Assembly: GCF_022045235.1 (NCBI RefSeq)
Contig: NW_027266343.1
Location: 54,436,001 to 54,500,000 of the forward strand
Direction of reading: 5' to 3'
Origin: Haliotis cracherodii
Taxonomy: Eukaryota
Length of the DNA: 64,000 bases
The translations under genes were made by a program, and so were the position numbers. Within the stretch, counting starts at the first letter, position 1, and each line of letters starts with the position of its first letter. Positions 13,784-26,380 of this stretch are shown one piece after another. A model generated the notes under the pieces. That model made no database searches, was not told the origin of the DNA, and saw nothing but the letters and a program-made list of their open reading frames with translations.

Positions 13784-14533
13784 TGATTCTAGAAGTAAAG
13801 ACAGAGTGAGAGGATGTTGTTTTACGTCAAAATTAATAATATCACATCCATATCTCAGGGCCTGTAAATAATCAATGACACGACAGACAACAGGTCTGAC
13901 CAAATGGATGCAGGTGGGAGAGACCCACAAACAGAGGTACAGCCATCAAACCCAGAATCATAATCAGATCCTGGCAGGGCAAAGGGAGACAACTCTAAAC
14001 AGCAAATGACATGATTGGGCTACCCAAATTTGTTATCCATTCCCATAATGTACAGTTAATATGAAAACATTCTTGGTATTGCCTGTGAAACACTTTTCCA
14101 AATACACTGCCTTAAATGCAAAATGTTTCCAGAACGTTACAAAATGATAAAAATATTATCACAGAAAATGTTTTATTTATGACTCTGCTTTTCATTAGGA
14201 AAGTACAGAACTGTGTGGTTCTGTAATTTGCAATTCCGTCTGTGTTTGAAGTCAACTAACCATGCATCATCACAACGGTCATTCTATCCTGTATTGAAAT
14301 CTCCCTTGCAAATAGGGCTGTGTGAGTGACGGCCATGTCTCGAGTAGACACAAGGAATACTACTGAGGAGATCTCTGCAAACCAATATCAGGAGAAGTGA
14401 AGTTGGGGTTGTGACTGTGAGCAATGTAATATAGCCCTTAACACTGGGACATACACCCTCTCTCACCCTAGCATTCCGCAAGGTAGATTTCCAGCTGACT
14501 TCTTAAGTAAGGCATCAGGTGGATGATTCCAGA

Positions 14534-14840
14534 AGAGTGAGTGAGTGAGTGAGTGAGTGAGTGAGGAGTAAAGCTACTTTAACAGTATTTCAGTTATATG
14601 ACATCAAGTCATCCTAACAATCAATCACAGGTGCAAACCAAGAGTAACTGTTCCAGATATGGGAGTAAACTATTTTGTTGACACAGATTTATCACTTATC
14701 AACTGCCATTTTCATCAAATATATGACTGAAATGTGAGCATTTAAGGAGTATTCCTGATATCTATCAACCAAGTGGGAATCGTACCAGGAATTTCGCGTG
14801 ACAAGCCAACGCTTTACCCACTAGGCCACCCCACCGCCCC
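14534..14840 (-). mobile_element. Chimeric SINE: family 1 tRNA head, ~230 bp shared with 21037-21262, and an (ACTC)n tail
   Basis: GATTCCAGA 9-bp TSD at 14525-14533 and 14841-14849; middle part nearly identical to 21037-21262. Confidence 0.8.
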
Positions 14841-16029
14841 GATTCCAGACGAACCAGCTTCAGTAATCAAAGACAAATTAAAGTTATCTTTTTCATAGTT
14901 TATACTAATATAAAGGAAAACATTATATTTTTTAAATTATACTCTTTCAACACCGCAGGACAGCATACCGGACATGATGTCATGTATTACGTCCCAAGAC
15001 AATGTCATATCATCCATGTTTTATTGATAGAACAAAATTTATTTACTATTCCTGCAATGTTATTGAAAAAGATTCCTGGCACACATGCTTCGACAATGGG
15101 TCTCTATTTAAAAAATCAATGAGCAAAATAAAGATGTTTCAAGCAAATCTCTTCAAAAAAGAATAAACTAATAAATATTATCAACAAAAATATGTCTAAA
15201 AGTTATTTACATCTAAATTACGATCTTTTTGTATGATCGTTTAATGTAAGTCAAACGACATCTCGGCTTTTGTCGCCCCAGTTTTCACGCTCAGACACAA
15301 TGTTTAATGCCAAAGTATATATGCATGAGAAATCTTTGTCACAGATTGCAATCTAGCCTGTTCAAGAAGTTCCATTTTTAACATAGGCTGTGATTTCGTG
15401 CTTAAAAAGTTCATGCGTTCATGCCATGACAGATTAACAAAAACAACATGAAAGAATCGGGTGTTCTTCAACATCTTTGAGTGGTGTCTATAACAGCGCC
15501 TTTCTGAATATATAATTAGCATTGTTGAAATTCAGGTTGATTTCACATGAACTATTCACTTTGACATTCCCTTACCACCTACAGAAGGCGACAGTCCGAA
15601 ACCTATTTCCATCACAGGAAATAGCATGGGAAATAGTATAGGCCCCATCTGTGTCCAGACAGTGTCATTAGTGCCTGTGTGCATCTGTGTAATTAGCTTA
15701 ATCATCTACTGATAGGCTGATGTACATAATTTGAGGGAGTAGACATTGTAGGAGTTGAACAATTGGAACCAAACTTGTCAGGACTTCCAGGTGACCTTGA
15801 TGGCCTCTTTCACTGACTGGAACATTATTTACTGGGTCATCTTCCCAAGGCAAGGGAGTCAACTGACTGTAAAAGTCCAGTTTCCACCCTTACTGATCTA
15901 GGCTGGACTGTCTGGGCTTGATCGTAGCGCCACCAGTGGCTCTTACAAGTAATGTCCAATCTTTGTCCCTCCTACTGACCAATCAGATGCCAACTTTTAT
16001 ATCACTTGCATTTGCTTCAAACAAAATCT

Positions 16030-16260
16030 CAGCACACGTCGTTTTCGATGTCAATTTTGTTTTGATTTTTCATTTTCTGGTAGGGAAGTGATGATGGAAA
16101 ACTGTTTTAATTGAATTGTTTGAGAGGCATCACTCAGAAGTTGACGGATGACAAAGTAGAGTCCAGCCTGGCTGGACAACGGTATAAGGATCAGTACCGA
16201 AACCTCGCCTTTACAGTCAATAAAAAAGTTGATATCCATAAATTATTTCTACTTTGTCAA
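16030..16260. mobile_element. Possible degraded Penelope-like terminal fragment
   Basis: CGGTA...TACCGAAAC hairpin followed by AATAAAAAAGTTGATATCCAT (compare the minus-strand 17770-17800 element). The adjacent minus-strand peptide TIQLKQFSIITS weakly resembles GIY-YIG C-termini. Confidence 0.3.
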
Positions 16261-17156
16261 CTGTTTTAATTATTCCAAATTCAATGAATATATTGAAATC
16301 ATAGAACACTGCATTAGAAACGACCTACTGTTCAGTGAGTTGGTTATAATTCACTAACCTGATATTTACAACACATCCATTGTTTCAACTCCTGTGCAAC
16401 AAATGACAATTATGTATAACTCTATCAATAGATTCAATAATCCATGTAAAACAAGTTTAAACAAATCATACATGATTTTTCCATATTCAACTGATTAAGA
16501 TATAATCTATATATTTACTACACTCAGGAAAATATATGGCTTGCTTGCTTGCTGTTACACAATGTTGGTGAATATCTCAAACAGCTGAATCCCAGTGGCT
16601 GCAGACTATTTGATGGCCTTGACCTATCCAAGCATGCAATTTTGTAAAGATGGTTCCTAATTTTATACAGTCAATAGCAAAATACGCTGTAATCTTAGCA
16701 CTAAGCTGCCAGCCATCTTTACAGAATAATTGAGTCTTTTGACCAACCCTGAAATTAGACATAGATCCATGTCTCCATCGTCACACCATGTCAGAGTACA
16801 CGTGTACACTTAAGTGATACTCCATCTCGACAATGTAAAATGAAACCTATCTTGCAGTCAAAATTAGTTTTACATTGATTTACCTTGCAAGGAATTGACC
16901 CAGGAAAACATGGACTATATAATGACCAGGACCTAGAAGAGATTGTCTGCCATCTTGTATCCAGCTATTGTATTATAGGTATTATAGGATGGTTTCTGAT
17001 CCAACATTTTCATACCAGTTAGTGAGTTCAGATCTAATGTTGATGGTTTCCCTGCTTCATAGCTACTAATACAAATGAAATTATAGAGACATAATGACCA
17101 TTTCAATACATAAATTAATTTTATTATCAATATTTCTTGACAATCACACTATTTAC

Positions 17157-17462
17157 CAAATGTTATATTTGAGAAAACACTTTCTTAGTAAAGTACAGAT
17201 TCTTGTACTTTTTGGTTGAGTCCCATGCGGGATTCAAACCCTCACTGCTAGAGTGAGGCACCTAATCGCCAGCACACAAATCCAGTGATCTAACCCACTC
17301 AGCCAACGAGGCTTCCACAAAAACGAAAATCTGACAACTAATAGTCTAGATCACACACTTTGTGTACCCCTCTGACAAGTGTAAACTGACATGGTCAAAA
17401 ACTATGAACACACATTTCAGAAAGTGGTCAAACGTAACAAATGTTATATTAGAGATAACACT
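17157..17462 (-). mobile_element. tRNA-like-containing element bounded by 25-bp direct repeats and TGTTA...TAACA ends
   Basis: Minus strand has TGGCTGAGTGG and GGTTTGAATCC boxes. caaatgttatatt(t/a)gaga(a/t)aacact occurs at 17157 and 17438. Confidence 0.5.
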
Positions 17463-17797
17463 CATGTTTGGAATGTTCACTGATTCTATTGATAGCAAAT
17501 AAATACTACTAATAATAACATTAATCATCATACAATAACAAAAATTCTAATAACATTAATATCACACATCATTGGGTAAGTAAACTTGCTGCTTTAAAGA
17601 AGGGAATAATATTCAGCCCTTCCAATGAAAACCAGCAGAGAGCAACCAAACCACACAACATGCACAAATTCAAAATAGAAACAGTCCCACATATTCCCCA
17701 AAAGATACAATCCTCATAAAGTCTTTGAAAGGCATTTAGAAGTGATATTCATAAGGAAGAGAATATATATGGATGTCAACTTCTTTATAATGAGGAA

Positions 17798-17837
17798 CAC
17801 AACGTTTCGGAGTATGTACTTACTCCTTCATCAGGTG
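17798..17837 (-). ncRNA. Minimal type I hammerhead ribozyme motif of Penelope pseudo-LTR type
   Basis: CAC-CTGATGA-A-GGAGTA(AGTACA)TACTCC-GAAAC-GTT-GTG: both core boxes, a 6-bp stem II, palindromic AACGTT and a short CAC/GTG stem I. Confidence 0.65.
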
Positions 17838-18420
17838 AATGAATGCTATGAGACAGAGAGCATACATTGAACATGTAAGAACAACAAAAGCAACAAGATA
17901 ACAAAAGGTGGCAACTTAACAAGGGAAGACAACAGATAATTGGTGCAGAAAGGTGATATCTTTAAATCATCATACAGAGTAATGATGATAATCATTAAAT
18001 ATTGTCGCTTGAAGAGGCTGGTCTTGTTTCTATTGTAACAATACAATGTTGCACATAATCGCAAAGGTAATACTAACTAATGTCAGGTGAAATACGTCAA
18101 CTATAACTATGTGATGTGTTGATATACCAGTCCCCAGGTTGACAACCCCAGGAAATACCTTCTAGTTTCTGACCTCTGTGTCCACATTCAGTTATGAAGA
18201 AAGTAACACAAAAGTCAAGTCCTTTGTGAAAATAGGCCTCATACAAATTTCATGGCTTCTTCACAGAGCCACAACAGATGGAGGATCAGCACTTGGCAAC
18301 CAGATGCCATGTCCTTAGCAACAATATGACTGGCACTGACAATGGACAGATTCCGAAGATCATAGGGAGAGGCAGAATGAATCATAGTGTAGGGTGGCGG
18401 GTTAATAGCTGTAGATGCAA

Positions 18421-19650
18421 CTGAGTGAGTGAGTGAGTGAGGGAGTTTGGTTTTAAGTTGCATTGAACAGTATTTCAGTTACATCATCCCATTTGAGCTT
18501 GATATGGAAGCTTGATGTGGGAGTATTACAGTTATATCACAGTGTCAGCTTGATGTGGGAGTATTCAGTTATATCACAGTGTCAGCTTGATGTGGGAGTA
18601 TTCAGTTATATCACAGTGTCAGCTTGATGTGGGAGTATTCAGTTATATCACAGTGTCAGCTTGATGTGGGAGTATTAAGTTATATCACAGTGTCAGCTTG
18701 ATGTGGGAGTATTTCAGTTATATCACAATGTCAGCTTGATGTGGGAGTATTTAAGTTATATCACAGTGTCAGCTTGATGTGGGAGTATTTCAGTTATATC
18801 ACAGTGTCAGCTTGATGTGGGAGTATTTCAGTTATATCACAGTGTCAGCTTGATGTGAGAGAATTTCAGTTATATCACAGTGTCAGCTTGATGTGGGAGT
18901 ATTTCAGTTATATCACAATGTCAGCTTGATGTGGGTGTATTTCAGTTATATCATAGTGTCAGCTTGACGTGGAGTATTTCAGTTATATAACAGTGTCAGC
19001 TTGGTGTGGGAGTATTTCAGTTATATCATAGTTTCAGCTTGATGTGGGAGTATTTCAGTTATATCACAGTGTCAGCTTGATGTGGGAGTATTTCAGTTAT
19101 ATCACAGAGTCAGCTTGATGTGGGAGTATTTCAGTTATATCACAGAGTCAGCTTGATGCAGGAGTATTTCAGTTATATCACAGTGTCAGCTTGATGTGGG
19201 AGTATTTCAGTTATATCACAGTGTCAGCTTGATGTTGGAGTATTTCAGTTATATCACAGAGTCAGCTTGATGTGGGAGTATTTCAGTTATATCACAGTGT
19301 CAGCTTGATGTGGGAGTATTTCAGTTATATCACAGAGTCAGCTTGATGTGGGAGTATTTCAGTTATATCACAGTGTCAGCTTGATGTGGGAGTATTTCAG
19401 TTATATAACAGTGTCAGCTTGATGTGGGAATATTTCAGTTATATCACAGCGTGTCAGCTTTATGTGGGAGTATTTATTTCAGGACAGCCTGAAGTGACGA
19501 AGGTCCAAGATGTTTACCACCCAGGTGGAAACCAAGAACCATAATCAGGGAAAATCTAGGATTCAAACCCAGATAAATGTTTCTGGCACACCTCAACGAC
19601 ACAACTCTGTACAGCATATTGTGGCACCACCAACAACTGGGCCACCCCTT
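18421..19650 (-). mobile_element. Family 3 SINE containing an internally expanded satellite
   Basis: SINE tail at 18421-18480 and SINE body/head at 19480-19650 match 59746-60026. Confidence 0.75.
18470..19475. repeat. 37-38-bp minisatellite (tatttcagttatatcacagtgtcagcttgatgtgggag)
   Basis: About 25 tandem units. Confidence 0.97.
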
Positions 19651-20697
19651 GCCACAGACCCATAGGAATGAAAGAAGGAAGGAGTCACTTTCTTGAAATT
19701 CTATCATTATTCCTGGATTAGGGAATAAAACCTATGTCTTTTACATCAGGTAAACACAACCATTTTGCTACCCCATGGCATAACAATAGAAAGAAGAAGA
19801 TGGAAAGAAAAAAGATAAAAACATTCTGATATTAACCATGCACACATAATCTTTAAGAAAAATTGTTTTTGTGTTTGAAACTATTTTATTGTTTCATCTG
19901 TATGACTGACATGATGAAGAATATTGATACATAACGCACCAGGGTATTATGACAGAAAGGCTGGAGAATATCTATCTGAGATCTTGGAAATCATGTGATA
20001 ATATCATACTGCCTTTGCCCAAATCCATTAAAACATTTCAGCTCTGTGCACTGAAACAAGTAGAATAAACCTGGGACTGAGAGCACAAGAATTGTTGAAT
20101 GTTGTTGTAGGAATGGTCGCAGGTCTTTATACAACAGCAGCACAGACATGAATCTATTTTGTTGCTGGAACTGAAACAGTGTTCAAGTAGTTACACTATG
20201 TTCAGTGTTTGCCTGACTGTGGCATAATCTGCCATAACAACATGACCATGAATGGCGTCAAGGGTACCTGGTGCATTACTGGCAATATACAATAATGGTT
20301 AAATGGAGCCGTCAGTAGAAGCACAATCCTGACTCCATGGAGAAGTAAACAGTCAATTTGCTATTCAAACATTATCTCTTTATCCAGCGTAAATCCACCT
20401 TGAAATTGGATCTGCTGGGAGAGAAGGATGATTCAGTTATTCTCTCCTCAGAATGGACACCCAATGAGTTCACCATAGTGGAGGAACGATTCTAAATGTC
20501 AAATGCACAGTGAATCATACAAATGTGAGACATTTAATACATGATGAAAATGGGTATGTACATCTGACTACAAAATAAACAAAAGACATGAAATTCACAG
20601 GTTTGCAATTGGAATAACGGTTAAAAACAAAACTGATAGTGTCACCAGTCATGCAGGTCGTTGTCTTATACACAAGGCTGATGTGGGAGTGATGAAC

Positions 20698-20778
20698 TGA
20701 GTGGGTGGGTGAGTGAGTGAGTGAGTGAGTGAGTGAGTGAGTGAGTGAGTGAGTGAGTGAGTGAGTGAGTGAGTGAGT
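20698..20778 (+). repeat. (GAGT)n microsatellite
   Basis: Direct inspection. Confidence 0.95.
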
Positions 20779-21035
20779 GGTTTGTTGTTGAACGCCACAA
20801 TCAGCAATATTCCAGCCATATGACGGCGGTCTGTAAATAATCAAGTCTGGACCAGACAATCCAGTGATTGACATCACGAGCATCAATCCATGCAATTAGG
20901 ATTGATGACATGCATCAACCAAGTCAGCGAGCCTGACCACCCAATCCCATTAGTCCCCTTTTACAACAAGCATAGTCGCTTTTTATGGCAAGCATGGGTT
21001 ACTGAAGACCTATTCTAACCTGGATCTTCACGGGT
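20779..21035 (-). mobile_element. Retroposon family 2, full length, inserted in a GAGT tract
   Basis: Colinear with 40227-40503. Confidence 0.9.
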
Positions 21036-21844
21036 TGAGTGAGTGAGTGAGGAGTAAAGCTACTTTAACAGTATTTCAGTTATATGACATCCAGTCAGCC
21101 TCACAATCAATCACAGGTGCAAACCAAGAGTAACTGTTCCAGATATGGGAGTAAACTATTTTGTTGACACAGATTTATCACTTATCAACTGCCATTTTCA
21201 TCAAATATATGACAATCTGAAATGTAAACATTTAAGGAGTATTCCTGATATCTATCAACCATGTACTTGTAAAGTAATGACACCAAATGTGTGTGGCATT
21301 TCTGAGTGAATAAGTGAATAAGTGAGTGAGTTTTGTTTTTTTGGTGCTGTTATAACTATTCCAGCAATAACACGACAGAGTCACACAATATGTCCATGTG
21401 AAGAATCGAAGTGATGAACGGATACTCTAGCCACGAGGCCCCTGCTCCAGCCTTCTGCTAGAACCACCAACAGGAAGATCAAGGTGACAACAGACGTGAT
21501 TTAAGAAACACATTCAAAACCATTCTAAATCAATAGAATAGTTCTCGATTCTGATTTCAATTTTGGATATACCCATAACATAAATCATTCATAGATCTCG
21601 TATCTTGGAACATAAACAGGAAAATAATGATAAAGTTTAAGAATGTGGCGCTGCCATGGTTCTCCATATTGATCCCGATGCTCCCCTGTCTCCTGACCCT
21701 GTGGAACGGCACTGGACAGGATATGGATGAACCGACATTCCCATAGGACTATCAGAAGGAAATGGTCTACATTGACCTGGCATATTACCAACAATGAATA
21801 ACACTCTACTTCGATTCACTCTTCCTTCTGGTGGATCTGTTTAA

Positions 21845-22290
21845 CAAGATGCTGCTGCACAAGATGAACACATTGCTGCACAAGATGAACACAGTGTTGC
21901 CCAACATGCGTTAGCTCAAAATGTTGTTGCACAAGATGCAGTTTTTCAAGACGATGCACAAGATGCAGTTTTTCAAGAAGTTATTGCACAAGATGCTGTT
22001 TTTCAAGACATTGTTGCACAAGATGCAGTTTTTCAAGAAGTTATTGCACAAGATGTAGTTTTCAAGAAGTTGTTGCTCAACATGCATTCGCACAAAATGT
22101 TGTTGCACAAGATGCAGTTTTTCAAGAAGTTATCGCACAACATGCATTCGCTCAAGATGTTGCACAACATGCATTCGCTCAAGATGTTGCACAACATGCG
22201 TTCGCTCAAAATGTTGTTGCACAAAATGCTGTTTTTCAAGATGTTGCTGCACAACGATGTTGCTGTTGAAGACAAGACACTGCTCTGCAA
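21845..22290. repeat. Degenerate short-period repeat (tgcacaagatg/ttcaaga motifs, ~33-bp superunit)
   Basis: Direct inspection. Confidence 0.8.
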
Positions 22291-22494
22291 GGTGGCGCTG
22301 CACAATATATGACAGAGGCCTGTAAATAATTGAGTCTGGACCTGACAGTCCAGTGATTTGACATCATGAGAATTGATCTACGCAATTGGGATACGTTGAC
22401 ATGCATCAACCGAGTCAGCGAGTCTGACCACCTGAACCCATTAGTCGCTTCTTACAACAAGCATGGGTTGCTGAAGACCTATTCTACCCCGGAT
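22290..22494 (-). mobile_element. Retroposon family 2, slightly 5'-truncated, single-motif variant
   Basis: Colinear with other copies; lacks the duplicated GCTTG...GCGACTA unit. Confidence 0.8.
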
Positions 22495-23189
22495 TAACTG
22501 ACTGAAGTACATACTCCATACAGTCAGGGAGATTGATATAACATGAATAATTTTTGCATTCCATTTTCTCAACAACAACAAAAGTGAGATTATGTGATTC
22601 TATGACAAAAGAAAGTGTTATTATTATTTTCATTTTAACTATTTGTAAGTAATTTGTCTGGGTGAAAAAGATTTTTTACATTTTTTCCACCTATTAAAAT
22701 TCATATTAATGAAAATAATCATGTTGAAAGTGAGACTGTGAGGGCTTTGGCAAATAATGTTTTATTAAAGCTACAACCATCACAATTTGGCAGTGCACAA
22801 CAGTAAACCAATTTCCCTCTAAGAAAGAGGTTGTACTTCCAAGGATTGTGAGTGTTATATACACCAGCCAGGAGATAACAGTTGTAATCTGCAGCCACTG
22901 GCACCATCTGTTGGGATGCTATCTCTAACTCATGCCTGCCTACCAGCCCACACAATGTGTCAGGAACCACTGAACAGTACCCTGGGACCTTTCTCATCAT
23001 GGGGTCCTCTTTCTAACATTATACAGCTCAAAAATTTATACATCGTGAGCAAATGGACAAAAAATCCATTTATGGTCATTTTGTAATATTATTATTGTTA
23101 ATGTTTATATTAATCATAAACAATGACTGAATGATTTAATTGATATGAATTTAAAAAACATATTGCCTTATGACATACAGAAATGATAC

Positions 23190-23360
23190 TGTAAGTGAGT
23201 AAGTGAGTGAGTTTGGTTTTATGCCGCTTTTAGCAATATTCCAGCAATATCACAGCAGGTAACACCAGAAATGGGTTTCACACATTGTACCATGTGGGGA
23301 TCTGAACCCGGGTCTTCAGCATGACAAGCGAACGCTTTAACCACTAGGCTCCCATCGCCA
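23190..23360 (-). mobile_element. tRNA-derived SINE family 1
   Basis: Matches 47222-47391. Confidence 0.9.
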
Positions 23361-23643
23361 GGGAGGGAGTAAGTGTTACAGCAGTTTTTCATGAAAACTT
23401 TAGAAATATATTACAGCAGCACATAGCAAGAATGGACGTCACCTAATACCAGTTTGGTATTGAGTGACAAGGGAACAATCTATGTTCCTGACCCCAAAAA
23501 CCAATTGTCTTGGTTATGTCAGAGCAATACTGTAGGAAACTTGAACTGAAGGAGTATGCTGTGTACTGAAAGAAACCACAGCTTCCTTAGCAATGTAGTG
23601 AGTCTACTTAAAGCTCTTCTAATCCCAACTCTGCTAATATGAA

Positions 23644-23811
23644 TGAGTGAGTGAGTGAGTGGGGATGGCTTTATGCTGCTTTTAGCAATATTCCAGGAAT
23701 ATCACTGCGGGGGACACCAGAAATGGACTTCACACACTGTACCCATGTCGGGAATCGAACCCGGGTCTTCGGCGTGATGAACACTTTAACCACTGGGCTA
23801 CCCCACCACCC
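23644..23811 (-). mobile_element. tRNA-derived SINE family 1
   Basis: 13-bp TSD CTGCTAATATGAA; A/B boxes; (ACTC)n tail. Confidence 0.92.
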
Positions 23812-24874
23812 CTGCTAATATGAAGAATTTTTACAAAAGAAGTTTCAAATGTGGATGCACGCTATTGTTTCATACATGAGTACATATGCAACACAGTGAC
23901 TCAGTCTTCAAAGCCAGACTCCCAGATGGTGCTGTCAATCTTCATAAAGTGATATGACTGGCATATTGTCGGTCTCACATGTGCAGAGTGAACTGGCTTA
24001 TGAATAAGTCACCACTGCAAGACACTTCATCATCACATCCAGAAGTAACTTCGTATTCATTATCGACCACAATGTAGAAATTAATACCGAAAGCTGGATG
24101 AAGCTGCAAAATGGCCATCAATCAGTCAAAACACTAATGTTGTGATTTTTAAATTTTCTAACTGACCGACAGATCCCAACAACATTGTTTCCGCTGTTTG
24201 CATGTTCAAAGCTATTGGTGGCCTAAATAATCTGCACTATTTGTCAAACTAAATGGAATCTGTCTCTTCATAATTATCAAATCGCCATTTATTCCTGCGT
24301 CAAATCGTGATGTACTGTCATTTGCTGCTGGCAGCAAGTTATCTACGGATTCACCATCAAACTAAGCCTAACAATTTGCTCCAAGATTCCAGATAACTCA
24401 ACCAGCTTGTCCTTACAGTGATTGGCCTGATTTAACACAAGCATCAAACACAAAGCCAGAATGTCTCAAAGAGATTATAGCTGATGTTTGAAGATGACTT
24501 AAGAACTGCCATGAAATCCCAAGACTGTCCTGTCTTCAAATACCATGTGTTCAAGAGCAAGAATGAAATAAAATATCATCATGACTATACTGAAGTTCTG
24601 TCCCCATTGTATTTGCTTACCGATATGAATGAAATTGGTACTAATTTGAAAATACACTGCTGGATATTGAGCCAGGCAACTTTAATAATTCTGCTGTGTC
24701 TGCCTGACATTAACGTCATACAGTGAGGTAGACAGATGTAATTCAATTATGGGAGAGCTTTGATCATAAAGGACTGATCTCTGTCTTTGTGTTACAGTCC
24801 GAAAATGCCCGGGAACTGGGGATGACTGGAAAGGCTGTGCAGGTAACTCAGGATACTGAGGTTAACTGACCTAT

Positions 24875-25232
24875 CCGAGGTTGATGATGTCGCTGAGGTA
24901 GCAAAAGTTGTTGATGTCGCTGAAGTAGCCAAGGTTGATGTTCTTGCTAAGGTAGCCAAGGTTGATGTTTTTGCTAAGGTAGCCAAGGTTAATGTTCTTG
25001 ATAAGGTAGCCAAGATTGATGTTCTTGCTAAGGTAGCCAAGGTTGATGTTCTTGCTAAGGTAGCCATGGTTGATGTTCATGCTAAGGGAGCCAAGGCTGA
25101 TGTTCTTGCTAAGGTCGCCAAGGTTGATGTTCTTGCTAAGGTAGCCAAGGTTGATGTTCTTGCTAAGGTCGCCAAGGTTGATGTTCTTGCTAAGGTACCA
25201 AGGTTGATGTTCTTGCTAAGGTAGCCAAGGTT
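24875..25232. repeat. 27-bp minisatellite (gccaaggttgatgttcttgctaaggta)
   Basis: About 13 units. Confidence 0.95.
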
Positions 25233-25359
25233 CTAAATGTGGATCTCCAAAACATCATTCATCCACTTGTACCCCAAAACTGGCTCAGTCTGACATATCA
25301 CAATCATTTCATGTCTTCCTGCATGTACACAATACAGGTCCAGACAATAACAATTGTCA

Positions 25360-25635
25360 AGTGAGTCAGTCAGTTGGGTTTAATACCGCTTTTAACAGTA
25401 TTCCAGTTGGATGACAATGTCTCAGCTTGATGTGGGAGGAAAGGCCTTAGTGAAGCAGGTCTCAGAACTACCACTTTGGTGAAACCCACAACACAGGTAT
25501 GGTGCTGACAAAGCTTGAAACACTATCAGGGCAAACCAGGATCTGAACCAATAACCACAAGTTTCTGGTGCACCCAAGGGACACAACTCTGTACATTGAA
25601 TTTCTGAGCCTTAGACGACTTGTCTCCCTGTGCCT
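25360..25635 (-). mobile_element. Family 3 (tRNA-Leu-like) SINE
   Basis: Colinear with 59746-60026. Confidence 0.8.
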
Positions 25636-25777
25636 CCAACAATTGTTTATAGCATGAGCAATGATACATGCCTTTTGGGACTGACACAATCAGCCAGGTC
25701 TCACACTGTCACAACTCCATCACACATAAGCTACATGGCGGCCTGGTAGATATTGATACAAGACAAAGGTATTCTTG

Positions 25778-26380
25778 GTTCAGAAAAGGAATAATTCTGA
25801 TTTATGAATTAAATCCTTCCTTTTCTATTACCTACTAAAGTGTTTAGTAATGTAAACCTCAAAGTGAGGAATCACAGATTTGCGAAATAAAGAGTCCTGA
25901 TTTTTCTTTGTTCAGAAAGGAATAATTCTGATTTATGAATTAAATCCTTCCTTTTCTATTACCTACTAAAGTGTTTAGTAATGTAAACCTCAAAGTGAGG
26001 AATCACAGATTTGCGAAATAAAGAGTCCTGATTTTTCTTTGTTCAGAAAGGAATAATTCTGATTTATGAATTAAATCCTTCCTTTTCTATTACCTACTAA
26101 AGTGTTTAGTAATGTAAACCTCAAAGTGAGGAATCACAGATTTGCGAAATAAAGAGTCCTGATTTTTCTTTGTTCAGAAAGGAATAATTCTGATTTATGA
26201 ATTAAATCCTTCCTTTTCTATTACCTACTAAAGTGTTTAGTAATGTAAACCTCAAAGTGAGGAATCACAGATTTGCGAAATAAAGAGTCCTGATTTTTCT
26301 TTGTTCAGAAAGGAATAATTCTGATTTATGAAATTATATCCTGTTCTATTACCTATTTAAGTGTTTATAAAGGTAAACCT
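25778..26380. repeat. 131-bp tandem repeat, four near-identical units plus a diverged partial
   Basis: gttcagaaagg recurs at 25910, 26041 and 26172 (period 131). Confidence 0.97.
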
